A stretch of 63,704 bases of DNA from an uncultured virus (IMG/VR IMGVR_UViG_3300046522_000747). Taxonomy: Duplodnaviria > Heunggongvirae > Uroviricota > Caudoviricetes. The translations under genes and the position numbers were made by a program. The stretch lies in the IMG/VR virus record IMGVR_UViG_3300046522_000747, one strand, 5' to 3'. The notes below the pieces were generated by a model that was not told the DNA's origin, made no database searches, and saw only the letters and a list, made by a program, of their open reading frames with translations. Each line of letters opens with the position of its first letter. Position 1 is the first letter of the stretch. Shown piece after piece: positions 47,882-56,053 of the stretch.

Positions 47882-48604
47882 ATGAGTCAATTTGATGAAT
47901 TGAAGTATAAGCTGATTACGGATCGGATGGCTGCAATCGGTGTCACGCTGGACAGCCCCAAAACAGACAGGAAGGCCGTAGAGCGTGAGTTGAACCTGCT
48001 GAGCATTCAGTGGAATGAGCATATCATTTCGGACGGTCAGGATATCAAAGACATCCCTGCTGGGGGTTTTAGGGACGGCAAAATCTTCAATAAAGAGGCC
48101 TTCATCGAATTCTGCGAGGTCCATCTTGAAGTCAGAGAAGGTGCAGTCGTTGCGGCTATGGACAAGACGTTTATTGATGAGCTGAAGCTTGAAAAGTCTA
48201 GCTGCCCTATCGATGAGCGGATTGGCCGCCTGAATCGCATATTGGAGGCCCGTGATGACGTAATGCTTCAGTACCGAGCCCTGGGTTATAATCCAATCGA
48301 GCGAAGAATTGCCTACGAGTCAACATTGCCGGTTGATCGTATTAAGGATTTGGTTTGGGGCTGGGACAACAGGGCTCTTGAGCCATTTGTGGATATCACG
48401 TCGAACAGCATTTTCTATTCAAAGAATATTGAAAAAGATCTGATGAGTTTCATCGAGAACATGGACAACGAAATCGTCGTGCGTAGTGTAGAGCAGACTG
48501 CTGAAATGATCCCTGGTCATAAAAATACCAGTGACTATCTTCACAACCAAAAAATGAGAGCAGAAATGCGGGCTGAGATGAGCAAGGGAAACGATATTCG
48601 TTAA
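47882..48604 (+). CDS. hypothetical protein
   Basis: 240 aa; GGAG RBS; own TATAAT and terminator. Confidence 0.75.
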   Translation: MSQFDELKYKLITDRMAAIGVTLDSPKTDRKAVERELNLLSIQWNEHIISDGQDIKDIPAGGFRDGKIFNKEAFIEFCEVHLEVREGAVVAAMDKTFIDELKLEKSSCPIDERIGRLNRILEARDDVMLQYRALGYNPIERRIAYESTLPVDRIKDLVWGWDNRALEPFVDITSNSIFYSKNIEKDLMSFIENMDNEIVVRSVEQTAEMIPGHKNTSDYLHNQKMRAEMRAEMSKGNDIR

Positions 48605-48622
48605 GTGCTCAAGCCTGATCAT

Positions 48623-48647
48623 AAAGCGCCTTCCAAGGCGCTTTTTT
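48623..48647 (+). terminator. intrinsic terminator
   Basis: AAAGCGCC/GGCGCTTT stem plus T-tract. Confidence 0.75.
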
Positions 48648-48657
48648 GTTGAGGGGC

Positions 48658-48990
48658 TTAATCAGGTTTGGCGCCACTGAGGGCTTGTGAGATGACAGTC
48701 TTGGCCATTTTCCCACAGTCTGGCGTATCAACCTCAAATCCGTAATGTTGAAGGGCCGCAAGCGCAGCATTGAGTTGCGCTTCCATTTTTTCATATTCGA
48801 CCAGGAATGAATCGAGTGCATTTTTCACCGACTCGCCCTCCTCCTGAAGCGCGACAACCTTGTCGGCTACCCGCCCATTCAGCACCCCGCCATGTTCGCG
48901 ATTAGCGTAACCCTGTGTGCGCTCATGGCCGAGGTTGATCACTTTGGTCAAAAAATCTGAAGCGGTTGAGATGATTGCACTGTTCGCCAT
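48658..48990 (-). CDS. coiled-coil hypothetical protein
   Basis: start reassigned to MANSAI (GGAG RBS). Confidence 0.7.
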   Translation of the reverse strand: MANSAIISTASDFLTKVINLGHERTQGYANREHGGVLNGRVADKVVALQEEGESVKNALDSFLVEYEKMEAQLNAALAALQHYGFEVDTPDCGKMAKTVISQALSGAKPD

Positions 48991-49026
48991 GATGGTGCTC
49001 CATTTAAAGCTGATAATAATTGTGAT

Positions 49027-49065
49027 AATATAGTCGCGCATAATAGGCATGTCAATGCCATTGAA
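49027..49065 (-). promoter_or_regulatory. sigma-70 promoter plus 1-mismatch palindrome
   Basis: GTCAAT-gcc-ATTGAA (49051-65); TTGACA-17-TATATT. Confidence 0.75.
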
Positions 49066-49080
49066 CATTAAGGGTGTGCA

Positions 49081-49692
49081 ATGTTAACACTTCAGGAACA
49101 ACTCATCGATGCGTCCGCGTTAGTGGCTAAATTTGATCTGGAAATAATGGTGAATGATTTTGCTCTCAAATTTTTTACCGATGGTATTCCGCCTCAATTT
49201 TTGCTGGATCGCCCGGATTTTGTGGAGCTATGTGAGGCAATATCCTATGCGGGTTATAGTTTGGCTGAACAAGAATGTGAAGTTACAAACCAATTGCTTT
49301 TAGGTAATACGTTGTTTGAAGAGGCATATTGTGATGGCATGGACATATTTGAAGAGTATCGACGTGAACGTCAAGCTGAACATGAAGAGTGGCTGAGTGA
49401 GCAGCGAGCACAGGCTCTCCGAGTTGAAACTAAAAAAATGATTGATGAAAACCGGTGGGAAGAACTTGGGTTGCCAACACCTGAAGAACTTTCCGCGTTG
49501 TTATACTCTGGTGAAAGTACCCACGTCTGTGAGCACTTCCTTGTGTATGAAAAAGAAGAGGAGATGCTTTGGTACACCAACCCATACGGGTGCGACGGCG
49601 GGCTAGGCAAAGAACCAACAGTTAAGTGCATGAGAAGTTTTTTGACAAGAGTGGCGCTCGGCGGAATGTATGGCCCATCACCAGATTATTAA
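49081..49692 (+). CDS. acidic hypothetical protein
   Basis: 203 aa, Glu-rich. Confidence 0.7.
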   Translation: MLTLQEQLIDASALVAKFDLEIMVNDFALKFFTDGIPPQFLLDRPDFVELCEAISYAGYSLAEQECEVTNQLLLGNTLFEEAYCDGMDIFEEYRRERQAEHEEWLSEQRAQALRVETKKMIDENRWEELGLPTPEELSALLYSGESTHVCEHFLVYEKEEEMLWYTNPYGCDGGLGKEPTVKCMRSFLTRVALGGMYGPSPDY

Positions 49693-49741
49693 TGCCGGGT
49701 CAGGATGCGTGGCATTGCACCCTCCCCTGGCGCCTGTGTGA

Positions 49742-50146
49742 TTAATAAACTGATGTAATGTCTTGTCCTAGTTCGTTGTTCAAATAGCTAACGAATCCGT
49801 CATGAATTCGGATGTAATTTTTTCTGTACCGATGAAACAATTCTGATTGAATTCCTCCATGCAAATCAGGATCTCGGAGGATTTTGTAGCACTGGTACTG
49901 TGAGCTGGCTCGATGAAAAGCGGCAAGGTCTTCCTTTTCAAGAAGTTCAACAACACCATTGAGTTGTTGGACTACTTTTTTGTAAGCAAGACGATAGGTA
50001 TGAAATGTTGGTGAATCAATTTTATTAAAGGGAACACGCCCATCAAAATTTGAGTATTCCATCACCCCGCTATGGAAACCTTCTTTTCTGAAGATTCCAG
50101 ACAGCACCATACGTTCCCTGTTGGTTAGTGGAATAATTTTAATCAT
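49742..50146 (-). CDS. hypothetical protein
   Basis: 134 aa. Confidence 0.65.
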   Translation of the reverse strand: MIKIIPLTNRERMVLSGIFRKEGFHSGVMEYSNFDGRVPFNKIDSPTFHTYRLAYKKVVQQLNGVVELLEKEDLAAFHRASSQYQCYKILRDPDLHGGIQSELFHRYRKNYIRIHDGFVSYLNNELGQDITSVY

Positions 50147-50192
50147 TGGTTAAATCTTTGTGAGTGGCTTGTGATGTTCGAGCGAGATCAGG

Positions 50193-50465
50193 TCAATAGT
50201 CTTCTTCATTGGCTCGTTTTTGCTCCATTTCTCGGCACATTTCTTCGTACCGACGATCCATCTCCTTTCGACATTCAGGCTTTTCGCAAATAATGCAATT
50301 ACTGTTGCCATACCAGTGCAGGAGATGCTTCTGCTCAACTGGATGGACAACGTTGCATACGTCACATGTCCTGTACCGATCAGAGTCGCTGTAGGCGCTT
50401 GGGGGCGCTCCAAACTTAGGTGAACTCATGTGCAGCTCCTTCCCGCTTTTCGCGGAATTGTCCAT
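50193..50465 (-). CDS. small zinc-finger protein
   Basis: CDVC..CIICEKPEC. Confidence 0.65.
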   Translation of the reverse strand: MDNSAKSGKELHMSSPKFGAPPSAYSDSDRYRTCDVCNVVHPVEQKHLLHWYGNSNCIICEKPECRKEMDRRYEEMCREMEQKRANEEDY

Positions 50466-50471
50466 GCGGGT

Positions 50472-50825
50472 CTACTCATCGTCGGCCTCGCCTTTTCCAG
50501 GGTTTTTGAGGGCGTCGAGTCGTTGAATTTCTTCCCAGTCTTTATCGAAGACGGCAAACTCATAGCGCTTGCGTATAGGCTCTCTTAGCCCTGCTGCCAA
50601 GCGCTCAAGGTGTACGGCCATCTTTTCTCGCATTTCTTCAAAGTTTGCAGCTTGTATGGGCGCAATGTCGATCTTGGCCGTGATTTCGCCAGTTTGTTCC
50701 CGTACCGACATATTCAGATCAGCCGTCAGGATAGTTTTGAAATGCGCAGTGTTGTGCTTGATTTCATACTGCGCGGTATACAGTTGCTCGCTTTCGGAAA
50801 ATTTTGTTCCGATTAGTGTCATCAT
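50472..50825 (-). CDS. hypothetical protein
   Basis: 117 aa; GAGG RBS. Confidence 0.7.
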   Translation of the reverse strand: MMTLIGTKFSESEQLYTAQYEIKHNTAHFKTILTADLNMSVREQTGEITAKIDIAPIQAANFEEMREKMAVHLERLAAGLREPIRKRYEFAVFDKDWEEIQRLDALKNPGKGEADDE

Positions 50826-50851
50826 GAATGGAAACCTCTTTTGATGCGCCG

Positions 50852-50966
50852 AGTGTAGTCACAATAGCACGATCAGTCAACCACAATGACATAATGGGTA
50901 ATGTTTTCCGTGACACTCACTGCGAATGTCAATCCGGTTGACAGTGGCGCCATCTGCGCGTATAAT
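50852..50966. promoter_or_regulatory. back-to-back divergent promoters, each with the palindrome over its -35 box
   Basis: minus: GTCAAC-cac-AATGAC (50876-90), TTGACT-17-TACACT; plus: GTCAAT-ccg-GTTGAC (50928-42), TTGACA-17-TATAAT. Confidence 0.8.
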
Positions 50967-50972
50967 GGCGCA

Positions 50973-51305
50973 ATGAAATACGATAAGAATGAGGTTCAGG
51001 TGATCGACAAAAATATCAAACCGTTTATTCAATACGCAGTTCTTGAGTCGGATGGCTCGTTTGCACGCATTTTTGGTTCAAAGGTTCAGGTAAAAATGTG
51101 TGATACGCCATTGCCGATTGTGAAGATTGAAATGACCCCTTCTGATGAGGGTAGTTACTGGGGTTGGTTGCAAGCCAATGGTGAGGTATCGATGATCTGG
51201 CCATCGTTTGTCCGGCTTGCGATGTGTTTCTCAGGCGGCATAGATTCTTCGGAAGCGCTTGGACTTGGCGTCCGTATTCAGCTGGATGCTCGACAGGTAG
51301 ACTAA
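50973..51305 (+). CDS. hypothetical protein, probably leaderless
   Basis: ATG 7 nt after TATAAT; YWGW..MIWPS..MCF motif. Confidence 0.65.
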   Translation: MKYDKNEVQVIDKNIKPFIQYAVLESDGSFARIFGSKVQVKMCDTPLPIVKIEMTPSDEGSYWGWLQANGEVSMIWPSFVRLAMCFSGGIDSSEALGLGVRIQLDARQVD

Positions 51306-51338
51306 TTGCCTAATTGGCCATGGATAATGAGGTGACAC

Positions 51339-51617
51339 ATGTTTGAAGACGACGAGAACAAAGATCCAGAGCAAGCCTTCGACTCGCTGATGGAGTATTT
51401 CTTTGATGATCTTGATGCACTAAATAAAGCGCAACGGGATCACGACGAGGCGTTCAATAGCGCTGATCAGTATAAATGGAGCTACTACGGCTCTGAGTTC
51501 AAAGACAAGATCGATGATGCCAAAAAGAGCATGTCGAACCGCCTCAAAGATATGATCGACGCACGTATTGATGCTCGCCTTTCGGCGCTTCAAGCGGGCT
51601 CTGGCCAAAGCGAATAA
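51339..51617 (+). CDS. acidic hypothetical protein
   Basis: 92 aa; GAGGTGA RBS. Confidence 0.7.
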   Translation: MFEDDENKDPEQAFDSLMEYFFDDLDALNKAQRDHDEAFNSADQYKWSYYGSEFKDKIDDAKKSMSNRLKDMIDARIDARLSALQAGSGQSE

Positions 51618-51629
51618 GCGAGAAAACAA

Positions 51630-52160
51630 ATGACAGAAACGATCAATCTGCACAGTGAAATCGAGCGGAAAACTCTGTTCGGTCGGCTGATTTTGGAGCA
51701 CGTTGATAAGCCAGCGCTGGTTGAGCTTACCAAGATTGAGGGTTATGACATCACTGCCATTGAGGTCGATGTTCACCTTAATGGCAGGCCTATCAGCCAT
51801 GTCTCCCTGCAAAAGTTCCTGGAGTCTGTGGTGGAGCGGTGTACCGAGAGTGCCTGCAAGAAAATCGGCTATTACCCGTTCAAGGATAAGGCCGAGTCCA
51901 AAGCGACTGAACTTCTGGATGTCAAAAATGCGGCCATTGATAACATGGCTGATAAGGTCTCCAGTCGTATTCAGGAGTTGATGTGCAGTTTGAGTTCACT
52001 GGAGCGTGAGGCTCGCTACTTCAGCGAGAAGCTCTATGAGGATGTGGAAAGCAAGACAATGCTTCGAAGTATTCGCGAGCAACTTCGCAAAGGCGGTCTG
52101 TCTGAGGAAGATCGTGCCGCCCTGCTGTCTCAGCTTGAAGCAATGGATCTGGGTTATTAA
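51630..52160 (+). CDS. hypothetical protein
   Basis: 176 aa within an operon. Confidence 0.7.
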   Translation: MTETINLHSEIERKTLFGRLILEHVDKPALVELTKIEGYDITAIEVDVHLNGRPISHVSLQKFLESVVERCTESACKKIGYYPFKDKAESKATELLDVKNAAIDNMADKVSSRIQELMCSLSSLEREARYFSEKLYEDVESKTMLRSIREQLRKGGLSEEDRAALLSQLEAMDLGY

Positions 52161-52353
52161 TGCGAGCGCCGAGACTTCGGCGCTGGTGTTGTATTCAGCT
52201 TACGTTTTGCAGTATTGGGCTCGGTGTAAAAAACACCTGCTTGGCAACAAAGATGGACATCAGTAGAGCCAGTGAAGCAAGAAATATCATGTGAAACACA
52301 TCAACCGACATTTAGTTTACCTTCTGCGTTTAATCTACGTGAATTGACCAAGA

Positions 52354-52698
52354 TCATTGGTCGGTAGTCCTTGCCTCCATCATTGTTGCTGCCCTTGTGG
52401 GGTTTAATGTGGAGGCAAGCTTTGCTGCCTGGATCTTTTCCTGCCTTTGTGATGCAAAACAGCGTTTCTGCTGATTTATCAATCCTTTATCGCCGGATTT
52501 GCGGACGCAGGTTGATCCAATGAGCGAGATAATATCATCGCTGGATACCACTTCAAAGATGTTTTTGATGAAAGTCCCACAATGGGCACAGGGTGTGTCG
52601 CGGCAGTCTGAAAGTCGATAATCAAGAATCTTGAATGGCGGCTGCCCAAGGCCGGACGCCTCAAACACGTGGGTCGGTAGCAGTTTAATATCGCTCAT
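52354..52698 (-). CDS. zinc-binding hypothetical protein
   Basis: CAHCGT.IK..IGSTCV. Confidence 0.65.
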   Translation of the reverse strand: MSDIKLLPTHVFEASGLGQPPFKILDYRLSDCRDTPCAHCGTFIKNIFEVVSSDDIISLIGSTCVRKSGDKGLINQQKRCFASQRQEKIQAAKLASTLNPTRAATMMEARTTDQ

Positions 52699-52747
52699 AC
52701 ATCAGTCTCTGCGTATAGCGATTATTATAGCAGGTGGGAAGCCCACC

Positions 52748-53407
52748 TCACAGAGGTGGTACTTGGGTTCTTTGCACTTCATGGCGTAGCGCATCATAGA
52801 TTCGCTGTGCGGTTGTCTTCCCCATGCCCTTGATTGCACAGAGATCAGCAATCGATGCGTTGAAAGCAGCCAGGGCGGAGCCGAAGTGATTCAACAGCAT
52901 GGCGGCGTTATTAGGCCCAACGCCAGCAAGGCCCTCTACCAGATACCGGGACATCAGATCCGATGTCTTCGGCTTCCCTGTACGGATCGGGACGACGTAA
53001 TCCAGCCCCTCTTGTAGATGGCGGGCCATGGTCGCAAGCATCATCGCCGTTTCTTGAGGATTTGCCAGCGTCACCAAGTTAATGCCTCTGATTGCTGTAA
53101 TGTACGAGATGGCGCCAGCAATGGCCTTGTGTTTCATATCTGAACGAGTTCTAAACACGTCACCCTCGATAAGAATCATTGGAGTGGCGTATTCCAGCTT
53201 CATTTTTTCTATTTGCTGAAAGAGGCGCTGGTCTTTTATGGACTGAACGAAGTCGATAGCTGATTTTCGCTCCACAACCGTATTCTCATGCAGTATGTAA
53301 TCACCTGACGAAAGTTCCTTTACCATCACCTCTATGCCTTCCATCGCCTTAAGCTGCTGGATCATAGTGGATTTGGTCTCTCTGCTATCGGCGACGATGA
53401 TTGCCAT
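52748..53407 (-). CDS. ERCC4/XPF-family nuclease with tandem HhH motifs
   Basis: DSRE, GDY, VERKS..DF..SI.D.RLFQQ, LIEG, GVGP and GMGK HhH motifs. Confidence 0.88.
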   Translation of the reverse strand: MAIIVADSRETKSTMIQQLKAMEGIEVMVKELSSGDYILHENTVVERKSAIDFVQSIKDQRLFQQIEKMKLEYATPMILIEGDVFRTRSDMKHKAIAGAISYITAIRGINLVTLANPQETAMMLATMARHLQEGLDYVVPIRTGKPKTSDLMSRYLVEGLAGVGPNNAAMLLNHFGSALAAFNASIADLCAIKGMGKTTAQRIYDALRHEVQRTQVPPL

Positions 53408-53457
53408 GCTTGACGCTCCGCTTCAGATAAATATCTGGCAAATATAGTGCAAAAAGA

Positions 53458-53730
53458 TCAGTCTGGCGCGATGATTTTAAGCTTTCGCTGATGAATCAGT
53501 ACCTGCCGATAATGGAGATACCCGTAAAGCGAGAATGCAATTGCCAGAGATCGAGTCACCGAAATCCAGTGAAACGGTTGATCGATCAGAGGAAGATGAA
53601 ACACCTGCGCATCATTGAGCAGTGCTGTTGCCAAAAATAGGCAGGCGCCCATGAACGCGGCAACACCACTACTGATCGAGAAATACATGACCTTGCGCTT
53701 AAGCAAGGCCGAGTCATTTGGGATTGTCAT
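53458..53730 (-). CDS. 2-TM membrane protein
   Basis: two hydrophobic segments. Confidence 0.6.
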   Translation of the reverse strand: MTIPNDSALLKRKVMYFSISSGVAAFMGACLFLATALLNDAQVFHLPLIDQPFHWISVTRSLAIAFSLYGYLHYRQVLIHQRKLKIIAPD

Positions 53731-53761
53731 TCTTCATTCTCATATTATCGTGCCTGTTATC

Positions 53762-54118
53762 TTAGCGTGTAAACAGGCGCGACGACCAAGCACTAACGTT
53801 GAAACGATGCACATTGAAGCGCTTGAGGGATTCAAGGTTGCAGCCATAGAGGAACGCTGCCATTCCCAGGCAAATGACCGAGGGATCTTTGTAGGCAAAA
53901 AACGACACAGCCCACAAGATAAATACAACGGGAATCACATCAGTGGCGGTATTGAATGCCCACCGCAGGGAGGCCACGGCGGCGTTTTTAGAATCAGCGG
54001 GCTGAGCAGGTGTTTGTTTGACTGGGTTCAGTTCAGCGTCAAATTGAGCTGCCAGAATTTTGGAAATCGCATCCACATCGATTTCGATTTCGTCAGCTTT
54101 TGTCTGCTTGATCATCAT
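53762..54118 (-). CDS. 2-TM membrane protein
   Basis: two hydrophobic segments. Confidence 0.65.
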   Translation of the reverse strand: MMIKQTKADEIEIDVDAISKILAAQFDAELNPVKQTPAQPADSKNAAVASLRWAFNTATDVIPVVFILWAVSFFAYKDPSVICLGMAAFLYGCNLESLKRFNVHRFNVSAWSSRLFTR

Positions 54119-54156
54119 GAATCAGTCCGGTTGGAATGTGCCCTCATTATATCGTC

Positions 54157-54175
54157 ACATTGACAAATGTCAATG
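54157..54175. promoter_or_regulatory. TTGAC-N4-GTCAA palindrome in a divergent promoter region
   Basis: CATTGACA-aa-TGTCAATG; the same 17-mer occurs at 3227-3243. Confidence 0.6.
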
Positions 54176-54228
54176 ATGCAAACATGATTTCCTGCGTGAA
54201 TGTGGTAAAATGGTTGAAAGGAGATTGT

Positions 54229-54813
54229 ATGAAAATCACAAAAAAGTCATTGCATGAACGCTTTACCGCGTCTGAGGAGGCCCTCGGTGTTTACTATGGG
54301 GACTACGCGACAGGGGAAACCGAGGAGGAATTTTCTGGTGATCCTGATACATTTGAAGAGTCTGCCATGCTGCCCACAAAGCTTCCAATGAGTATTTGCA
54401 CTAACAGTGCAACGTACATCTGCGGCGTCCTGGGTCATGGTGATATTTATGGATTTTCCGCAGAGCAAAATCCTGCATTCGCGGAAAGGGTCAAGATCCC
54501 TAATGGCCATGATTTTGCAGTAATTCATTCTAGATACATCGTTGATCCTTGGATTTCACTGTACACAGGTGATTGCGAACAAGGTACGTTTGATCTCAGA
54601 GACCCCAAGGATGCAGAGATAATTCGTGAGATTTATGGAGAGCCTTCCAATTGGTCGCTTCGCATGTTCAACACCAGCGAATATCCGGAAGACTGGCAAA
54701 AAGGTTCACCCGTTTACAAGCCACAGAGTGACGCAGATTTTCCCGCAAATAAGAAAATTTTCATAGGTTCAGACAAAACCAGACAGCAATCGAACCCTTC
54801 GTTATCACTTTAA
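54229..54813 (+). CDS. putative papain/transglutaminase-fold enzyme
   Basis: ICTNSA..GHDFAV..YIVDPW gives Cys-His-Asp order; AAGGAG RBS. Confidence 0.55.
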   Translation: MKITKKSLHERFTASEEALGVYYGDYATGETEEEFSGDPDTFEESAMLPTKLPMSICTNSATYICGVLGHGDIYGFSAEQNPAFAERVKIPNGHDFAVIHSRYIVDPWISLYTGDCEQGTFDLRDPKDAEIIREIYGEPSNWSLRMFNTSEYPEDWQKGSPVYKPQSDADFPANKKIFIGSDKTRQQSNPSLSL

Positions 54814-54923
54814 GTAAACAATGCAAGATACTGATATTTATAGGTTTTATTAATCTAGAAATCACATGAGGTTTGCATCCTGGGCCTTATGTGTGAGTCA
54901 TAAATTTCTCATTTTTGCTTCAG

Positions 54924-54950
54924 AAAAAAGGCCGCAATGCGGCCTTTTTT
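54924..54950. terminator. bidirectional terminator
   Basis: AAAAAAGGCCGC-aat-GCGGCCTTTTTT. Confidence 0.85.
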
Positions 54951-54964
54951 ATCTTTCGCTGACG

Positions 54965-55492
54965 TTACTCAGGCTTGTACACGCTGGTGTGAACACCGGT
55001 TTCAGCGGCTAGCTCCTTAAGCAAAAGGGCAACCCAATTCCAGCTGCCACCAGCAGCAAATTGTGGGCTAACAACTACTTCCACTGGTTTGCCTGCTGCA
55101 ACCGATTCAGCCAGACGCTGGAATACCTCGGTCAGACCTTTTGCAATGGCGTAATAACGAATTGGAGAGCGAGTATCGTCTTCAGCAGCGGTATCCTGAT
55201 AGCCAATCAGGTTGCATACGGAGGCGCCTGGAACGGCTTTGAATGGAACAAACTGCACGAAGCCAAGGCTGAACGGAACCTGTTCGCCGCTGCGCGTATC
55301 TTCGTAGAAGGTGTCGGTGAACCACTGTTTGTACTGAGTTTCTGGTGCGGCATCGGCAGCAGACAGCAGAGCCCCCAGTTGGGTGTTCCAAGTTCCGACA
55401 TTGCTGACGTTGTTGAGGATGACGAGACGACTTTTTTCAATCTGGCGGACGGGTTTGAGAGCATCGCCAGTAACTTCGTGGAAGAATTCCAT
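54965..55492 (-). CDS. divergent macrodomain (Poa1p/TARG1-like)
   Basis: VTGDA, SNVGTW, PETQYKQW, LGFVQFV, VCNLIG, PIRY.AI, AGGSW; Gly loops degenerate. Confidence 0.65.
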   Translation of the reverse strand: MEFFHEVTGDALKPVRQIEKSRLVILNNVSNVGTWNTQLGALLSAADAAPETQYKQWFTDTFYEDTRSGEQVPFSLGFVQFVPFKAVPGASVCNLIGYQDTAAEDDTRSPIRYYAIAKGLTEVFQRLAESVAAGKPVEVVVSPQFAAGGSWNWVALLLKELAAETGVHTSVYKPE

Positions 55493-55666
55493 TGCGCACC
55501 TTATGTATGATTTGGATTAGTGTTTGGGTGAGCACCATTGCCCTACCCTATAAGTTTTGTATAAATGAGCAGACCTTTAGCCCATGCAGCAGCAAATACG
55601 ACCTATGTCACATATTATACCATGTACCCATTGCTAGGTACATGATATCTCAGTATTTTGTTGATA

Positions 55667-55873
55667 TTAAGTGCGTTTTTCCGCCTGTACATCGATGACT
55701 TCTGGCTCAAGGGAAAAGTGCTTTTTCACGTATTCCAGACCAGTGCCTTTGGCTGCCTCGAACGTGGTCACCATCGGTCCCTCAAAGGGCCATACAGCAG
55801 AAGGAAGAGTGGTGTAGAGGCAGATTTTATCCGTGGCCTCAGTGATGATTACGACGATGCGAGAGACAAGCAC
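55667..55873 (-). CDS. hypothetical protein
   Basis: GTG start at 55873 behind AGGAG. Confidence 0.65.
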   Translation of the reverse strand: MLVSRIVVIITEATDKICLYTTLPSAVWPFEGPMVTTFEAAKGTGLEYVKKHFSLEPEVIDVQAEKRT

Positions 55874-55894
55874 GAGCCAACTCCTGGTCAAATT

Positions 55895-55919
55895 AAAACC
55901 CTTGAGGATCAAGGGTTTT
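55895..55919 (-). terminator. hairpin/terminator
   Basis: AAAACCCTTGA-N3-TCAAGGGTTTT. Confidence 0.65.
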
Positions 55920-55924
55920 GTATT

Positions 55925-55981
55925 TTACTTGCCGCGATTGCCAGAAAGCAATTCGGCAAGAAGTTCAGCGATAACAGTCAT
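55925..55981 (-). CDS. 18-aa amphipathic peptide
   Basis: MTVIAELLAELLSGNRGK; GGAG RBS; promoter TTGACA-17-TAGTAT at 56004-56032; hairpin directly after the stop. Confidence 0.55.
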   Translation of the reverse strand: MTVIAELLAELLSGNRGK

Positions 55982-56053
55982 ATATTTTCTCCAGTTGAAT
56001 GTCATACTAACAGTGTAAAATGAGATTGTCAAATGAAATATTGACACTTCCTG

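Noticed and set aside
21792..50942. Palindromes read as integron attC sites
   Set aside because: Only 15-21 bp, no RYYYAAC/GTTRRRY ends or long imperfect stems, and fixed spacing to -10 boxes fits operators better
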